Below are positions 39,387 through 48,058 of a stretch of 64,000 bases of DNA, piece by piece; the stretch's first letter is position 1; each line of letters starts with the position of its first letter. The notes under the pieces are model-generated. The model saw nothing but the letters and a program-made list of their open reading frames with translations. It had not been told where the DNA came from and did not search any database. Source of the DNA: a virus; the IMG/VR virus record IMGVR_UViG_3300046694_000148, positions 3,648-67,647 of that record; one strand, given 5' to 3'. A program made the translations under genes and the position numbers.

Positions 39387-39709
39387 TACTTCTTCTCCCG
39401 GCGCGGCAGGTGTTTGAAGATGGCAAGCAGCGCCGTCATGATGTGCAGCATTTCGGTGTGCTTCATCGCCACGTACTTGCGCTCCGATACGCTCATGGTA
39501 TTCATGGCGTCATGGAAGTCGCTCGCCAGGATCACGCCCTTGAAGTGAACATGGCCGGTCAGTTCGTCGGTGTGGACGACCATCGAGCTTTCCTGCGGCT
39601 CGGGCTTGCCGAGCTTCTTCTTTGCGGCGTCGATGTGTCGCTGGATGGCGCGGCCGAGAATCACACCTGCGCCCATCAGGCAGATGTCGGCGAGGGCCTG
39701 GAGCATCAT
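39386..39709 (-). CDS. Hypothetical protein with N-terminal hydrophobic segment
   Basis: TAATG overlap with next gene. Confidence 0.6.
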   Translation of the reverse strand: MMLQALADICLMGAGVILGRAIQRHIDAAKKKLGKPEPQESSMVVHTDELTGHVHFKGVILASDFHDAMNTMSVSERKYVAMKHTEMLHIMTALLAIFKHLPRREKK

Positions 39710-39711
39710 GG

Positions 39712-40323
39712 TCACACGCTCCAGCCGGGCACGTTGATGCGGACCAGGGTGCGCTCGCAATCGAACGCCATCGGCACGCTCTCGTGCAGCATGGTCACGT
39801 TACCGGCATACGCATAGCCCGACAACATGGGGATCTCACGCAGGCCGGACAGGTCGATGTGCGTGCAGTCGCCGCCGACGCCAGGCTGACCGACGAACGA
39901 GCCATCGAACGCACGCGCCGCTTGCACGCTCGACGCGAGCAGGATGCCTTCGCGTTCGATGTAGTCGGAATCGGCCCAGGTATCCGCGCCACTCACATGA
40001 CGACCGCCGCCGTGCGCCGACTTGCCGATATGCCCACCAGTGCCGCCGTGCGTACGCACTGCCGGATTCCAGTAGCCGTCGATGTGGACACCGGGGCGAC
40101 GATGCGAGACACCGCCGCGCACAACGCCCTGGTCGATCATCAGGTACAGCGGGCCATCGGCGGTCACACCATCGAGCATTGCGTCAACGGTCGGTTGCCA
40201 GCGGGCCAGGTCGAACGGCAGGTCATCGGCTTTGCGGAACTCGCGCATGTAGACACGCTCGCCAGTGAATTCAGGGAAGGCGACTGCGCCGCGTTGCTGC
40301 ACTACAGAGTTGAAGGTTTTCAT
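39712..40323 (-). CDS. Fe(II)/2-oxoglutarate dioxygenase-like protein
   Basis: HRRPGVHIDG (HxD), distal HES, and RTLVR near the C-terminus. Confidence 0.55.
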   Translation of the reverse strand: MKTFNSVVQQRGAVAFPEFTGERVYMREFRKADDLPFDLARWQPTVDAMLDGVTADGPLYLMIDQGVVRGGVSHRRPGVHIDGYWNPAVRTHGGTGGHIGKSAHGGGRHVSGADTWADSDYIEREGILLASSVQAARAFDGSFVGQPGVGGDCTHIDLSGLREIPMLSGYAYAGNVTMLHESVPMAFDCERTLVRINVPGWSV

Positions 40324-40334
40324 GATGGTTCCTT

Positions 40335-40691
40335 TTAGGCCAGGCGCGAGACGAGCGCGATCAGGTGCAGGCCGGACTTCGCGGTGAGGTCCGAGATCTC
40401 GATGCTGAAGTCGGCACCGGCACCGAGGCGGCGCTTCGCCTGGCTGACCGACGACTGTGCGGTGTTGCGCAGTTTCTCGCTGAGCGTCGGGCGTGCGGTG
40501 TTGAACTCTTCCAATGTCATGCCGCTGTCGATGCGCATCACCTTCGCGGCCGGATCTCCGTTCACCTTCAGATCGGCGACGACCGATGCGAACGATGCGC
40601 TGCGAGCACGCTGCGGTTGTGCGACTTCAGGCTCGGGCGACATGGCTGCGGTGAGTGCTTTTGCTACGGTTTCGGTGGCGCGTTTGTTCAT
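40335..40691 (-). CDS. Hypothetical protein, first gene of the leftward operon
   Basis: AGGGAG RBS before ATG 40691; downstream of promoter 40739-40767. Confidence 0.7.
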   Translation of the reverse strand: MNKRATETVAKALTAAMSPEPEVAQPQRARSASFASVVADLKVNGDPAAKVMRIDSGMTLEEFNTARPTLSEKLRNTAQSSVSQAKRRLGAGADFSIEISDLTAKSGLHLIALVSRLA

Positions 40692-40738
40692 GTGGTGCTC
40701 CCTTGTTTGGTTATTCAATGAATAGTGCAGTAATGTGG

Positions 40739-40767
40739 ATTATGGCGACAAGGAAAACCCCTGTCAA
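40739..40767 (-). promoter_or_regulatory. sigma70 promoter with palindromic operator, copy 3
   Basis: TTGACA-17-CATAAT; GACAAGG-AAAAC-CCCTGTC 40747-40765. Confidence 0.85.
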
Positions 40768-41154
40768 CTAAATTGTTGAGTCGGTTTGGTTTTTGCGGGA
40801 CAGGCTGACGTTGCGAAGCAAGCAAGGCAGGGTAGGGGGTGGCCTGGCTAAAACTGATTCGTTTTCAGGGAACCGGCCAGGGTGCCGAAGTAAGCCGGAA
40901 AGCCTGGTGAGTGCTGTCGCTGTCGAGTACCTGAAGGCGCGTACCGGCTGGACCTTTCAGGTACTTGCCTATAGCGCAAAAGCCGAGGTGTCGCGGCATC
41001 AGGCGGATCGGGCCGGCGTCGGCCTGGATCGGGGCGGGAAGGGGTGGCCGCTGCCCTGGATGGCGGCGAGCCTGGAGCATGGCCGGGCGGCCTGCTGCCG
41101 GTGGTGTCGGCGTGCCCTGGATGGCGGGCCGCACACTGTTCGGCTAGAAAAGCA

Positions 41155-41184
41155 TTGACAGGGTTTTTCCTTGTCGCTTATATT
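41155..41184 (+). promoter_or_regulatory. sigma70 promoter with palindromic operator, copy 4
   Basis: TTGACA-18-TATATT; GACAGGG-TTTTT-CCTTGTC 41157-41175. Confidence 0.85.
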
Positions 41185-41227
41185 TGAGTCCGCAGCACTT
41201 CAAACAACCTCATTCAAGGGTGAACAA

Positions 41228-41830
41228 ATGCACAATGTCGCTTACATCGCTTCCTATTTCGTGGACGGTCTGCCGTCGCTCGGCCTCGGCAAGAATAAAG
41301 GCCGCCGTACCGCTATCGGCTACTTCCTCAATAAACAATGCGTGGTTTCCTTCCCGGCACGGCTGAACGGTCGCAACGTGCCTACCATGAGTGAAGCCGC
41401 CGCGATACTGCGCGGCGATGGCGTGGCCGATGCCATGCGCGAATTCAACGGCGAACCCGCCGCGCAGAAATGGGAAAAGGAACGCGACGAATTAGGATGG
41501 GTTCACCACTTCCCGACCGGGACGCCGGGCTACTGGATGAAAGTCGAGAAGACGCCCGCAGGCGATTACACCATCTGCGCCCGACATGATGACGACATTG
41601 CAGGCGGCGAACTCGACTACCGCGACGACCTGCGCACCGCAAAGCGCCTTGCGGAATCGCTCGCGGCGTCCGGCAACTGGACCGATTACACCATGTTCCC
41701 CGAAGAGGCCCGCGCCGCCCTGGAAGCGCAGCAGCGCGGCACGCCCGACGAAGAGAACGCCCGCGCCCTTGACGCCGAACAGGCCCGCGCCAACGCTGCC
41801 GCCGCGCTGATGAATAAGGGCGCACCATGA
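41228..41830 (+). CDS. Hypothetical early protein
   Basis: AAGGGTG RBS before ATG 41228. Confidence 0.75.
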   Translation: MHNVAYIASYFVDGLPSLGLGKNKGRRTAIGYFLNKQCVVSFPARLNGRNVPTMSEAAAILRGDGVADAMREFNGEPAAQKWEKERDELGWVHHFPTGTPGYWMKVEKTPAGDYTICARHDDDIAGGELDYRDDLRTAKRLAESLAASGNWTDYTMFPEEARAALEAQQRGTPDEENARALDAEQARANAAAALMNKGAP

Positions 41831-42177
41831 CCAGCGCCGACAACCGGAAAGTACACCTGACGACGACGAAGGCCGAAGCCCTCAAGCTGTTGCGCTCGTG
41901 CCGCGCCCGCGCGCATTTCCGCATCCATGCGGCCTGTGATGGCATGCTACCCGCCGACCCTGAACACTACATGCCCGGCGCGTTTAGCGCGGGCGTGCAG
42001 GTTAGCCGGGGCGCTGCTGAAATGTTCGTCAATGATGCGTTCCGCGAGACGCACGAGAAGCGCGGCTATGCGCTGAAGATCACGATTAGCGAAGGCTCGC
42101 GCCGGTCGAAGTGGGACGACACGAAACGCGCCTATGTCGAATACGGCGCGCCGTCCCTGTTCGTGTGGATCGGTTAA
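41827..42177 (+). CDS. Hypothetical early protein
   Basis: ATGA overlap, AAGGG RBS. Confidence 0.75.
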   Translation: MTSADNRKVHLTTTKAEALKLLRSCRARAHFRIHAACDGMLPADPEHYMPGAFSAGVQVSRGAAEMFVNDAFRETHEKRGYALKITISEGSRRSKWDDTKRAYVEYGAPSLFVWIG

Positions 42178-42189
42178 TGTGAAAAGGTG

Positions 42190-42219
42190 TTGACAAGGAA
42201 AATCCCTGTCATTTATACT
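42190..42219 (+). promoter_or_regulatory. sigma70 promoter with palindromic operator, copy 5
   Basis: TTGACA-18-TATACT; GACAAGG-AAAAT-CCCTGTC 42192-42210. Confidence 0.85.
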
Positions 42220-42226
42220 GCATCGC

Positions 42227-42328
42227 ATGAACACTCTTTTCCGCATCGCTGATTTTGTCGCCCCACTGATGGCCGCCGCTGGTTCGGTCGTCGCGGCGGT
42301 GGCGTTATACAACCTCTTCACCCTGTAA
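42227..42328 (+). CDS. 33-aa hydrophobic peptide, probably leaderless (not in ORF track)
   Basis: MNTLFRIADFVAPLMAAAGSVVAAVALYNLFTL; ATG 7 nt after the -10 box. Confidence 0.5.
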   Translation: MNTLFRIADFVAPLMAAAGSVVAAVALYNLFTL

Positions 42329-42337
42329 AGGCTCATC

Positions 42338-42811
42338 ATGTTGAAACCCTTAGACGCTGAAAGTATTAAAAAATCCCTGTTCGGCATTGTGCCGGACCTG
42401 TCCGCCCTGTTCTCTGAATTCGCGTTCGTCGGCATGTCCCACGAATACCGCCAGAACACCCCGCAAAGCCGCCGCGAAATCCACCGGACCTATCACAATT
42501 TCCCGCAGCGTTTCTTTTATCTGGCCGCGCGCAACTGCCCGACCATTGACCAGACTTTCGCAACTTTCGTTAGCAAAGGTTTTGCCCTGTGCGCTGAACC
42601 TCTCGCCGCCGTTCGCAAAGCCGCAGAAAATCGCTGCTGCGAAGGCCGCCTAGCATCGTTTGAAATCATTCCGTGGCCGCATACCGGGCACGCGCTTGTA
42701 CTGGCGCACGATGCTGTAATGATCGCTAATCCGTGGCTTGCCTTCGTGCCGCTCGACGCGCTGCCGACGATCAGCATGGACAATACCCGCGTTATTCAGG
42801 GGGTCAAATAA
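42338..42811 (+). CDS. Hypothetical early protein
   Basis: 157 aa, AAGG RBS, lower GC. Confidence 0.7.
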   Translation: MLKPLDAESIKKSLFGIVPDLSALFSEFAFVGMSHEYRQNTPQSRREIHRTYHNFPQRFFYLAARNCPTIDQTFATFVSKGFALCAEPLAAVRKAAENRCCEGRLASFEIIPWPHTGHALVLAHDAVMIANPWLAFVPLDALPTISMDNTRVIQGVK

Positions 42812-43209
42812 TGAACCGCGTTAAACACGACATCATGCGCGATGCGCTGCAACGCATTGCAAGCAAGGCGGAACACTCGCCCGCCATGTATCAAGAGATC
42901 GCCCGCGCAGCACTGGCCGACGTTGCCGCCGTCATTGAATACCGCATCACTGCGCGCACTTGGTACGGGCGCAACGGTGGCGAGTTTCGCGCCGAACTGA
43001 CCCGCACCGACACCGGGCAAAAACTTATCGGCGTGTCTGGTACGACGTGGGGCAGCGATGCATGGTCTTACGCCATGCGCGACGCGATGCACGCACAGCG
43101 CCCGGACCTGTTCCCGGCGCACGATGGCGGACACCCTACTATCTATTTCCGCGAAGTCTGCAAGGTCGATTATGACCATGCGGAAGTGGACCGCAAACGC
43201 GATCTCTAA
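42811..43209 (+). CDS. Hypothetical early protein
   Basis: TAATG overlap; ends V.RKRDL. Confidence 0.7.
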   Translation: MNRVKHDIMRDALQRIASKAEHSPAMYQEIARAALADVAAVIEYRITARTWYGRNGGEFRAELTRTDTGQKLIGVSGTTWGSDAWSYAMRDAMHAQRPDLFPAHDGGHPTIYFREVCKVDYDHAEVDRKRDL

Positions 43210-43255
43210 ACCGTTTATATCGTTTATCAAATAATCCACCATCAAGGGGAACACC

Positions 43256-43918
43256 GTGAATCAAAACTACGTAAGCGCCGATGATCTTTACCTTTCCGCC
43301 GTCAGCGATGGCCGCCTGTATGACCGTTGCTTGACCGCTGCCCGCGCCACGAGTGGCCGCAAGGCGCGCTTTACTGCGATCATTAACGAAGCGTGGCGGC
43401 TGTACAAAAAAGAGGTGAACAGCGGCGCAATCATCAAAACTGAAGACATGGCCGCCGCTGCAACTTTGCTTGAGGCTGACCGCGTGCAGCACGTCGCGGA
43501 CATCGGCCCGCAGGCCGCGCCGAATCTGGCCCGCTGGGAATTCTGCGGCATGGCGAAGCGCGGCGAGATCGCCCGCCCGGTTTGGCGCTGCAACGCTGAC
43601 GACGGCCGCCGCTACGTGTACCAAGTCGGCGACGCTGAAAAGCCCGACACGCCGCCGAGCGCGGGCAGCGGCGGATACTTCGACCTGTCCGAACTGCTGC
43701 GCCTGCGCGGCCTGACGATGGATTACAAGCCGGGGCAAACGTTCCGCAGCAAATGCAGCCGCGCCCGCATCACGTACGCGCCCGAGTGGGACCGCTCGCA
43801 ACCCTGGACTAGCTTTATCGACGGCACGGCGGGCCGCCACTTCGCAACGCCTTTTGATGCGCTGCCTTACTTCGCGTCGCGCGGCTTCTCGCTGGTCTTG
43901 GATGAGGTGACGAAATGA
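43256..43918 (+). CDS. Hypothetical early protein
   Basis: AAGGGG RBS, GTG start. Confidence 0.75.
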   Translation: MNQNYVSADDLYLSAVSDGRLYDRCLTAARATSGRKARFTAIINEAWRLYKKEVNSGAIIKTEDMAAAATLLEADRVQHVADIGPQAAPNLARWEFCGMAKRGEIARPVWRCNADDGRRYVYQVGDAEKPDTPPSAGSGGYFDLSELLRLRGLTMDYKPGQTFRSKCSRARITYAPEWDRSQPWTSFIDGTAGRHFATPFDALPYFASRGFSLVLDEVTK

Positions 43919-44484
43919 GCGACACCACCAACAAAACCGGCGGCGCAACGTCCGTTATCTGCCCGACCTGTGGCCGCCTGAATGGTCAAATCTGCTGCAC
44001 GTCGAGCGGGCGCGGCCTGTGGGGCAAACCGCACGCCGCCCGGCGCAAGCTGGCCGCCGCTGCCGATACCGCAAACAAGCCCGTAACGCTCGCGCCGCAT
44101 GATCGCCCGATGGCCGCCGCTGGCCTGAAGTCGTACCGCTACAAAGGCCGCTTTGGCTGGATCATGATAGGCGCGACCGACGACGCCGACGCGATGCAGC
44201 AGGCCCGGCGCAGTATCGACGATCAGCACCGCCCGCACCGTGGCCGCCTGGAAGCCTGGAATGGTTCGCGGTACGTGCCCATGCTCGGCGCTGCGCTGCG
44301 CGATCTGGCAAACGGCATTGCGATTGCTGCCGACGAATACAGCGCGGCCCGCGATCATGCCGCCACGACGAACAACGATAAAGACGCCCTCATGCGGGTT
44401 ATGTACGGCTCGCCCTTGCGCGGCGACCGTGACCGCGTGCGCGATCTGGCAACCGAAATTGAAGAACGGGGAAACCGTAAATGA
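43915..44484 (+). CDS. Early protein with N-terminal CxxC..C..H zinc finger
   Basis: VICPTC...GQICC...PHAAR. Confidence 0.7.
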   Translation: MSDTTNKTGGATSVICPTCGRLNGQICCTSSGRGLWGKPHAARRKLAAAADTANKPVTLAPHDRPMAAAGLKSYRYKGRFGWIMIGATDDADAMQQARRSIDDQHRPHRGRLEAWNGSRYVPMLGAALRDLANGIAIAADEYSAARDHAATTNNDKDALMRVMYGSPLRGDRDRVRDLATEIEERGNRK

Positions 44485-44813
44485 GCCGCAAGACCTTGCA
44501 GACCGTCGCCGCACTGGTGGCGAAAGCCCGCGCAGCAGATGACGCGATCAACGCCGCCGAGCGTGCGCCGGAAGGCGATGACTACAACGCGCTTTATGTG
44601 CTCGTGCGGCAGATTGCCGAAGCACTGCCCGCCGTGGTCACGATGACCCCTATGCAAATGGAAGTTGGTGCGCCGCGTAACGGCAAGCCCGGTTTCAAGT
44701 GGGCGCAGGGCTACCGCGTCAACAATGAATATCCGCCGCTGTTGCGCCGTGCGGCCCTGGAGCGCGCCCGCGAGATCGGCGGCGCTGATGTAATCATCAT
44801 CATTGAGGAATAA
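44481..44813 (+). CDS. Hypothetical early protein
   Basis: ATGA overlap. Confidence 0.7.
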   Translation: MSRKTLQTVAALVAKARAADDAINAAERAPEGDDYNALYVLVRQIAEALPAVVTMTPMQMEVGAPRNGKPGFKWAQGYRVNNEYPPLLRRAALERAREIGGADVIIIIEE

Positions 44814-44817
44814 GGCC

Positions 44818-45141
44818 ATGTGCAAAAATAACCCGCTCAAGAAGTTCCGCACCCTGGAAGGCGCAGCACGTCGCGCCGCTGTTCGTTCGCATATGGTCAA
44901 GGTTGAGGGGATCGACTTTACCGCCGACCCGCACGCGCTGCGCATCAGCCAGCAATGCGCCCTTGCCGACATGGCTAAGGCTATCTCGTGGCGCAAGTCG
45001 CCAACATCGCCGCTGTCGCTCGGGCTTGCGTTCTTCGTGTATCTGGCCCGCGACGCATCGCCGCCGCGCGAGCCGTCCGGCGCGCCGATCATCAGCACGC
45101 CCCGCGCCGCTTTCAGCTTTGGCCGGGGGTGCGCAGTATGA
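44818..45141 (+). CDS. Hypothetical early protein
   Basis: GAGG RBS. Confidence 0.55.
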   Translation: MCKNNPLKKFRTLEGAARRAAVRSHMVKVEGIDFTADPHALRISQQCALADMAKAISWRKSPTSPLSLGLAFFVYLARDASPPREPSGAPIISTPRAAFSFGRGCAV

Positions 45142-45365
45142 TTATGGCTCTTATCCTGCTGCGCATCCTCGTGCAGTTCGTCGCGGTGCTGGTGGCCCTT
45201 GTGGGCGGCCTTATCCTGTGCGGCACTGGCCTCGGCTCGCAGGCTGTCGGCTTGCTCATGACGTGCGGTCTTATTGCCTGGATGGCTCGCCCCGATCCCG
45301 AAGAACGCGCCGCCTTTGACGACTTCCAAAAGCAACGCCTAGCGAAGCACGGCATAGAAATCTAA
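45138..45365 (+). CDS. Small two-TM membrane protein
   Basis: MIMALILLRILVQFVAVLVALVGGLILCG... Confidence 0.65.
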   Translation: MIMALILLRILVQFVAVLVALVGGLILCGTGLGSQAVGLLMTCGLIAWMARPDPEERAAFDDFQKQRLAKHGIEI

Positions 45366-45386
45366 CCCGCTAAAACGCAACACCGA

Positions 45387-45421
45387 ACCCGCCCGCGTGG
45401 CGGGTATTCGCGTTTTCTTTT
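45387..45421 (+). terminator. Intrinsic terminator
   Basis: ACCCGCC-CGCGT-GGCGGGT stem followed by a T-rich tract. Confidence 0.7.
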
Positions 45422-45430
45422 GAATTGTTG

Positions 45431-45459
45431 TTGACAGGGTTTTTCCTTGTCATTAGAAT
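45431..45459 (+). promoter_or_regulatory. sigma70 promoter with palindromic operator, copy 6
   Basis: TTGACA-17-TAGAAT; GACAGGG-TTTTT-CCTTGTC 45433-45451. Confidence 0.85.
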
Positions 45460-45496
45460 TAAAGCTCATCAAACAAACCACCGTCAAGGGGTGAAC

Positions 45497-45748
45497 ATGA
45501 AAACCACCGCAACGCCGCAAGTCCAGGCCGCCCGCAAAATGCGCATGTCGCGCCTGTCGGGCCAGATCGCAACCAAGTACAACCCGCGCCAGCATCGCCG
45601 CGCCGCCCGCATTGCTGCAAAGTGGTCTACCGCGCTTTTTGGCGATCGCTCGCAGGCTGACATGTGGCGCACGCTCTTGCAGGACTCTTACCACTACACG
45701 CACCGCCGCTTTGCACGCATCCAGGCCCGCAAGGCCGCAACCATCTAA
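45497..45748 (+). CDS. Small Arg-rich early protein
   Basis: AAGGGG RBS, 83 aa. Confidence 0.7.
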   Translation: MKTTATPQVQAARKMRMSRLSGQIATKYNPRQHRRAARIAAKWSTALFGDRSQADMWRTLLQDSYHYTHRRFARIQARKAATI

Positions 45749-46437
45749 CAGGACCCGACGCCATGAGCAAGCAATTCCACCATCAGCACGATTGGAAAAA
45801 ATACTTAGTCACCCTGGACGACTCGGGCGAAATCATCGGCCTTGCGGTCGAAGTGAACGCACGCGGGCGCGGTCCAACTGATCGCCGTTTGTGGGCGCTG
45901 TCGTCGGGTAAGCCCATGCCGCCTATCGTCAAAGCGGTAACGACTTCTCGCGGCTATTGCGATGCCGTGGCGCGTGCGTGCGACTGGACAAAAGACACGC
46001 CCGCAGCGCCCGCCGCCCGCGTCGCCGTGGTCGTGGAAGTCGTTGCGGTAGGCTTCGACGGCAGCACAGATAAAACTGACGACCGCGTTTTGTGGGTCGG
46101 TGCGCCGTCCGTCGAAATCGTAGCCGAAATGCTCAACGCGCTGAACGTGCCGCACGAGTCGATAAGCGCAACGGACCTTGACCCCGCGAAGGTTGAAAAA
46201 CCTGAAGTGCTGGACTATGAACACGACGCCGCCGAACTCGTGGCCGCCCTGTATCGCTTCGCGCTGGCCGACGCTGGCGCGGCCCTGGATACCGCCGAAT
46301 CATTCATGTCCGGCTTTGAAGGCGATGAAATGCAAGAGGGCATGCCCGCCATGCTCGAACAAGTGCGCCATGCGCGCTTTACCGCTAACCGTGCCGCCCG
46401 CAACCCCGCAACCATCTAACAGGACCCGACGCCATGA
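45735..46437 (+). repeat. 32-bp perfect direct repeats (45735-45766, 46406-46437) flanking one gene
   Basis: ccgcaaccatctaacaggacccgacgccatga occurs twice. Confidence 0.9.
45763..46419 (+). CDS. Hypothetical early protein (repeat-flanked)
   Basis: AGGA RBS inside the repeat. Confidence 0.75.
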   Translation: MSKQFHHQHDWKKYLVTLDDSGEIIGLAVEVNARGRGPTDRRLWALSSGKPMPPIVKAVTTSRGYCDAVARACDWTKDTPAAPAARVAVVVEVVAVGFDGSTDKTDDRVLWVGAPSVEIVAEMLNALNVPHESISATDLDPAKVEKPEVLDYEHDAAELVAALYRFALADAGAALDTAESFMSGFEGDEMQEGMPAMLEQVRHARFTANRAARNPATI

Positions 46438-46949
46438 ACGTTAAAAAAGCCATCACGACGAAATACTATCCACCGACCACGCACCGTTCCGCGTGCATCG
46501 TCGCCACGGACAACGACGGCAACCGCGCCAGCTTGAGCGGCGACAAAATGACAGACTACGCTTTCGGCGAGCCGCGACACCGCGCCGCCGCTGAACTGCT
46601 GTCCCGCAAAATGGGGTGGCCTGTTGATAACCTCGTGGCCGGTGCGCTCGGTGGAAGCGGAAATTATGTGTTCGTCGAAGATACCCGCCCGCAGGCCGCG
46701 CCGCCTGTGCTGTTCGGTCAAGAGGTGGCCGGGCCGCTTGTCTGCATTGAATTGACAGTGCCGCATCAGTTCCCGGTGAAGGTCGAACAGTTCGCAAACA
46801 AGCGTTTCCGCGTGTCGTACGGCGCAGAGGTGAAAGGCGCTAACCCTTCGAGCGGCCTGGGATATGGTGCGGCTGCCGATGCGTTCGGGCAAGCGGTGTT
46901 TCATTCGCTCGCGTGCGGCTTCGCCCTGGATAACAACGGCCCCGACTAA
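46434..46949 (+). CDS. Hypothetical early protein
   Basis: AI.TKY.PPT...; H..AA..L..K.GW. Confidence 0.75.
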   Translation: MNVKKAITTKYYPPTTHRSACIVATDNDGNRASLSGDKMTDYAFGEPRHRAAAELLSRKMGWPVDNLVAGALGGSGNYVFVEDTRPQAAPPVLFGQEVAGPLVCIELTVPHQFPVKVEQFANKRFRVSYGAEVKGANPSSGLGYGAAADAFGQAVFHSLACGFALDNNGPD

Positions 46950-46971
46950 ATCAACCCTGGAGCAAACAGCC

Positions 46972-47463
46972 ATGAAAATCGAACGTCAATTCAATAAAAC
47001 TGCGGCCTTCCCGGTGGCCGTGCAACAGCCGATTATCACGACAGGCGGCGGCGCGTCCGCGCTCGGCGTCAAGATCACTTTCCAGGCCGACGCGGAAGAC
47101 GGTGAAACCGTGGGACAGCGCAACGCGCACGGCCATAAGATCGCACTGCACGCCACGCCCTACGAAGCCGCGAAGCTGGGCCGCCGCTTGATCGCAGTCA
47201 GCGAGCCGACCCGCTACACCGTGACCATGCGCAGCACGAACGGCGGCGGGCGGCTGGAGTTCGACACGATCACGATTCAACCTGACCAGTGCGCAGAGGA
47301 TGAAGCCGCCGCGCATGCTGCCGGTTATGGCGCGGTAGTCGTGGGACTGACGCCGCAGAACGCCGACACGCTGCGCGACATGCTGCGCGCCCTGCTGCCT
47401 CATGTCCACATTGCCGACGCTGGCGCGCTGTACGACGAAGCGCGCGAAATGGTAAAGCCCTGA
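46972..47463 (+). CDS. Hypothetical early protein, last gene before the genome end
   Basis: GGAG RBS. Confidence 0.7.
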   Translation: MKIERQFNKTAAFPVAVQQPIITTGGGASALGVKITFQADAEDGETVGQRNAHGHKIALHATPYEAAKLGRRLIAVSEPTRYTVTMRSTNGGGRLEFDTITIQPDQCAEDEAAAHAAGYGAVVVGLTPQNADTLRDMLRALLPHVHIADAGALYDEAREMVKP

Positions 47464-47495
47464 TCTAGCCCGCCTTCCCCGCACCCCTTCAATCA

Positions 47496-47524
47496 GACCC
47501 GCCCTCGTGGCGGGTTTTCCTTTT
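47496..47524 (+). terminator. Intrinsic terminator
   Basis: ACCCGCC-CTCGT-GGCGGGT plus TTTCCTTTT. Confidence 0.8.
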
Positions 47525-48015
47525 GGGCCGTCCGGCCCGCCTTCCCCGCACCCCTTCTTGTCCGGCCCTCGTGTATGCGCATGGGCGCTTGCATGCGTGC
47601 CCGCCCTCGTGTATGCGCGTGTACGTGCGTTCGCATGTGCGCTTGCCCTTGTACGTGTACGCGCATGGCCGCGTGTCTGCGCCTGGACGTGTGACCGCAT
47701 CCCCGCTTGTCCGTGTAGCCGCCTGGACGCCGAGCCGAATAGCGGCCCGCTGTGCCGGTGGCCGGGGTGGCGGCCTGTCCGCATACCTGCTGCGCTGTGG
47801 TCGTGGCGTGGCGGCCTGTCTGCTGCCCTGGATGGCCCTATTTCCCCTCATGTCCTGATGTCCTGATGGCTGTATGGCCGCATATCGGGGTGTTCCCTGC
47901 TGTGCTGATGGGCCTGGGACGCGCGAGAAGGGGCATACAAGGCGCGATCTATGCCCGGCCTATGGCGTGGTAGCCGCGCAGCCGGAAAACGGCGTAGCGG
48001 GCCGCATGGGTCAAT

Positions 48016-48058
48016 GGGTCCCTCCCCGGTGCGATAGGGCCTCGGGGGGCCGTGGAGC
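48016..48058 (+). other. Putative cos site (cosQ-like GGGTCCC 48016-22; cosN-like GGGCCGTGGAGC 48047-58)
   Basis: In the 1-kb gene-free interval next to the primase gene; resembles lambda cosQ (GGGTCCT) and, as I recall it, the phage Chi 12-nt end GGTGCGCAGAGC (8/12). Confidence 0.55.

Noticed and set aside
40830-41043. Two GGGNAGGG (KOPS-like) octamers
   Set aside because: Only two copies in G-rich DNA and no dif/Xer site recognised; chance is sufficient.
40793-41158. ORFs in the divergent promoter region and in 47489-48607
   Set aside because: No RBS, atypical codon use, and they overlap regulatory repeats; treated as non-coding.
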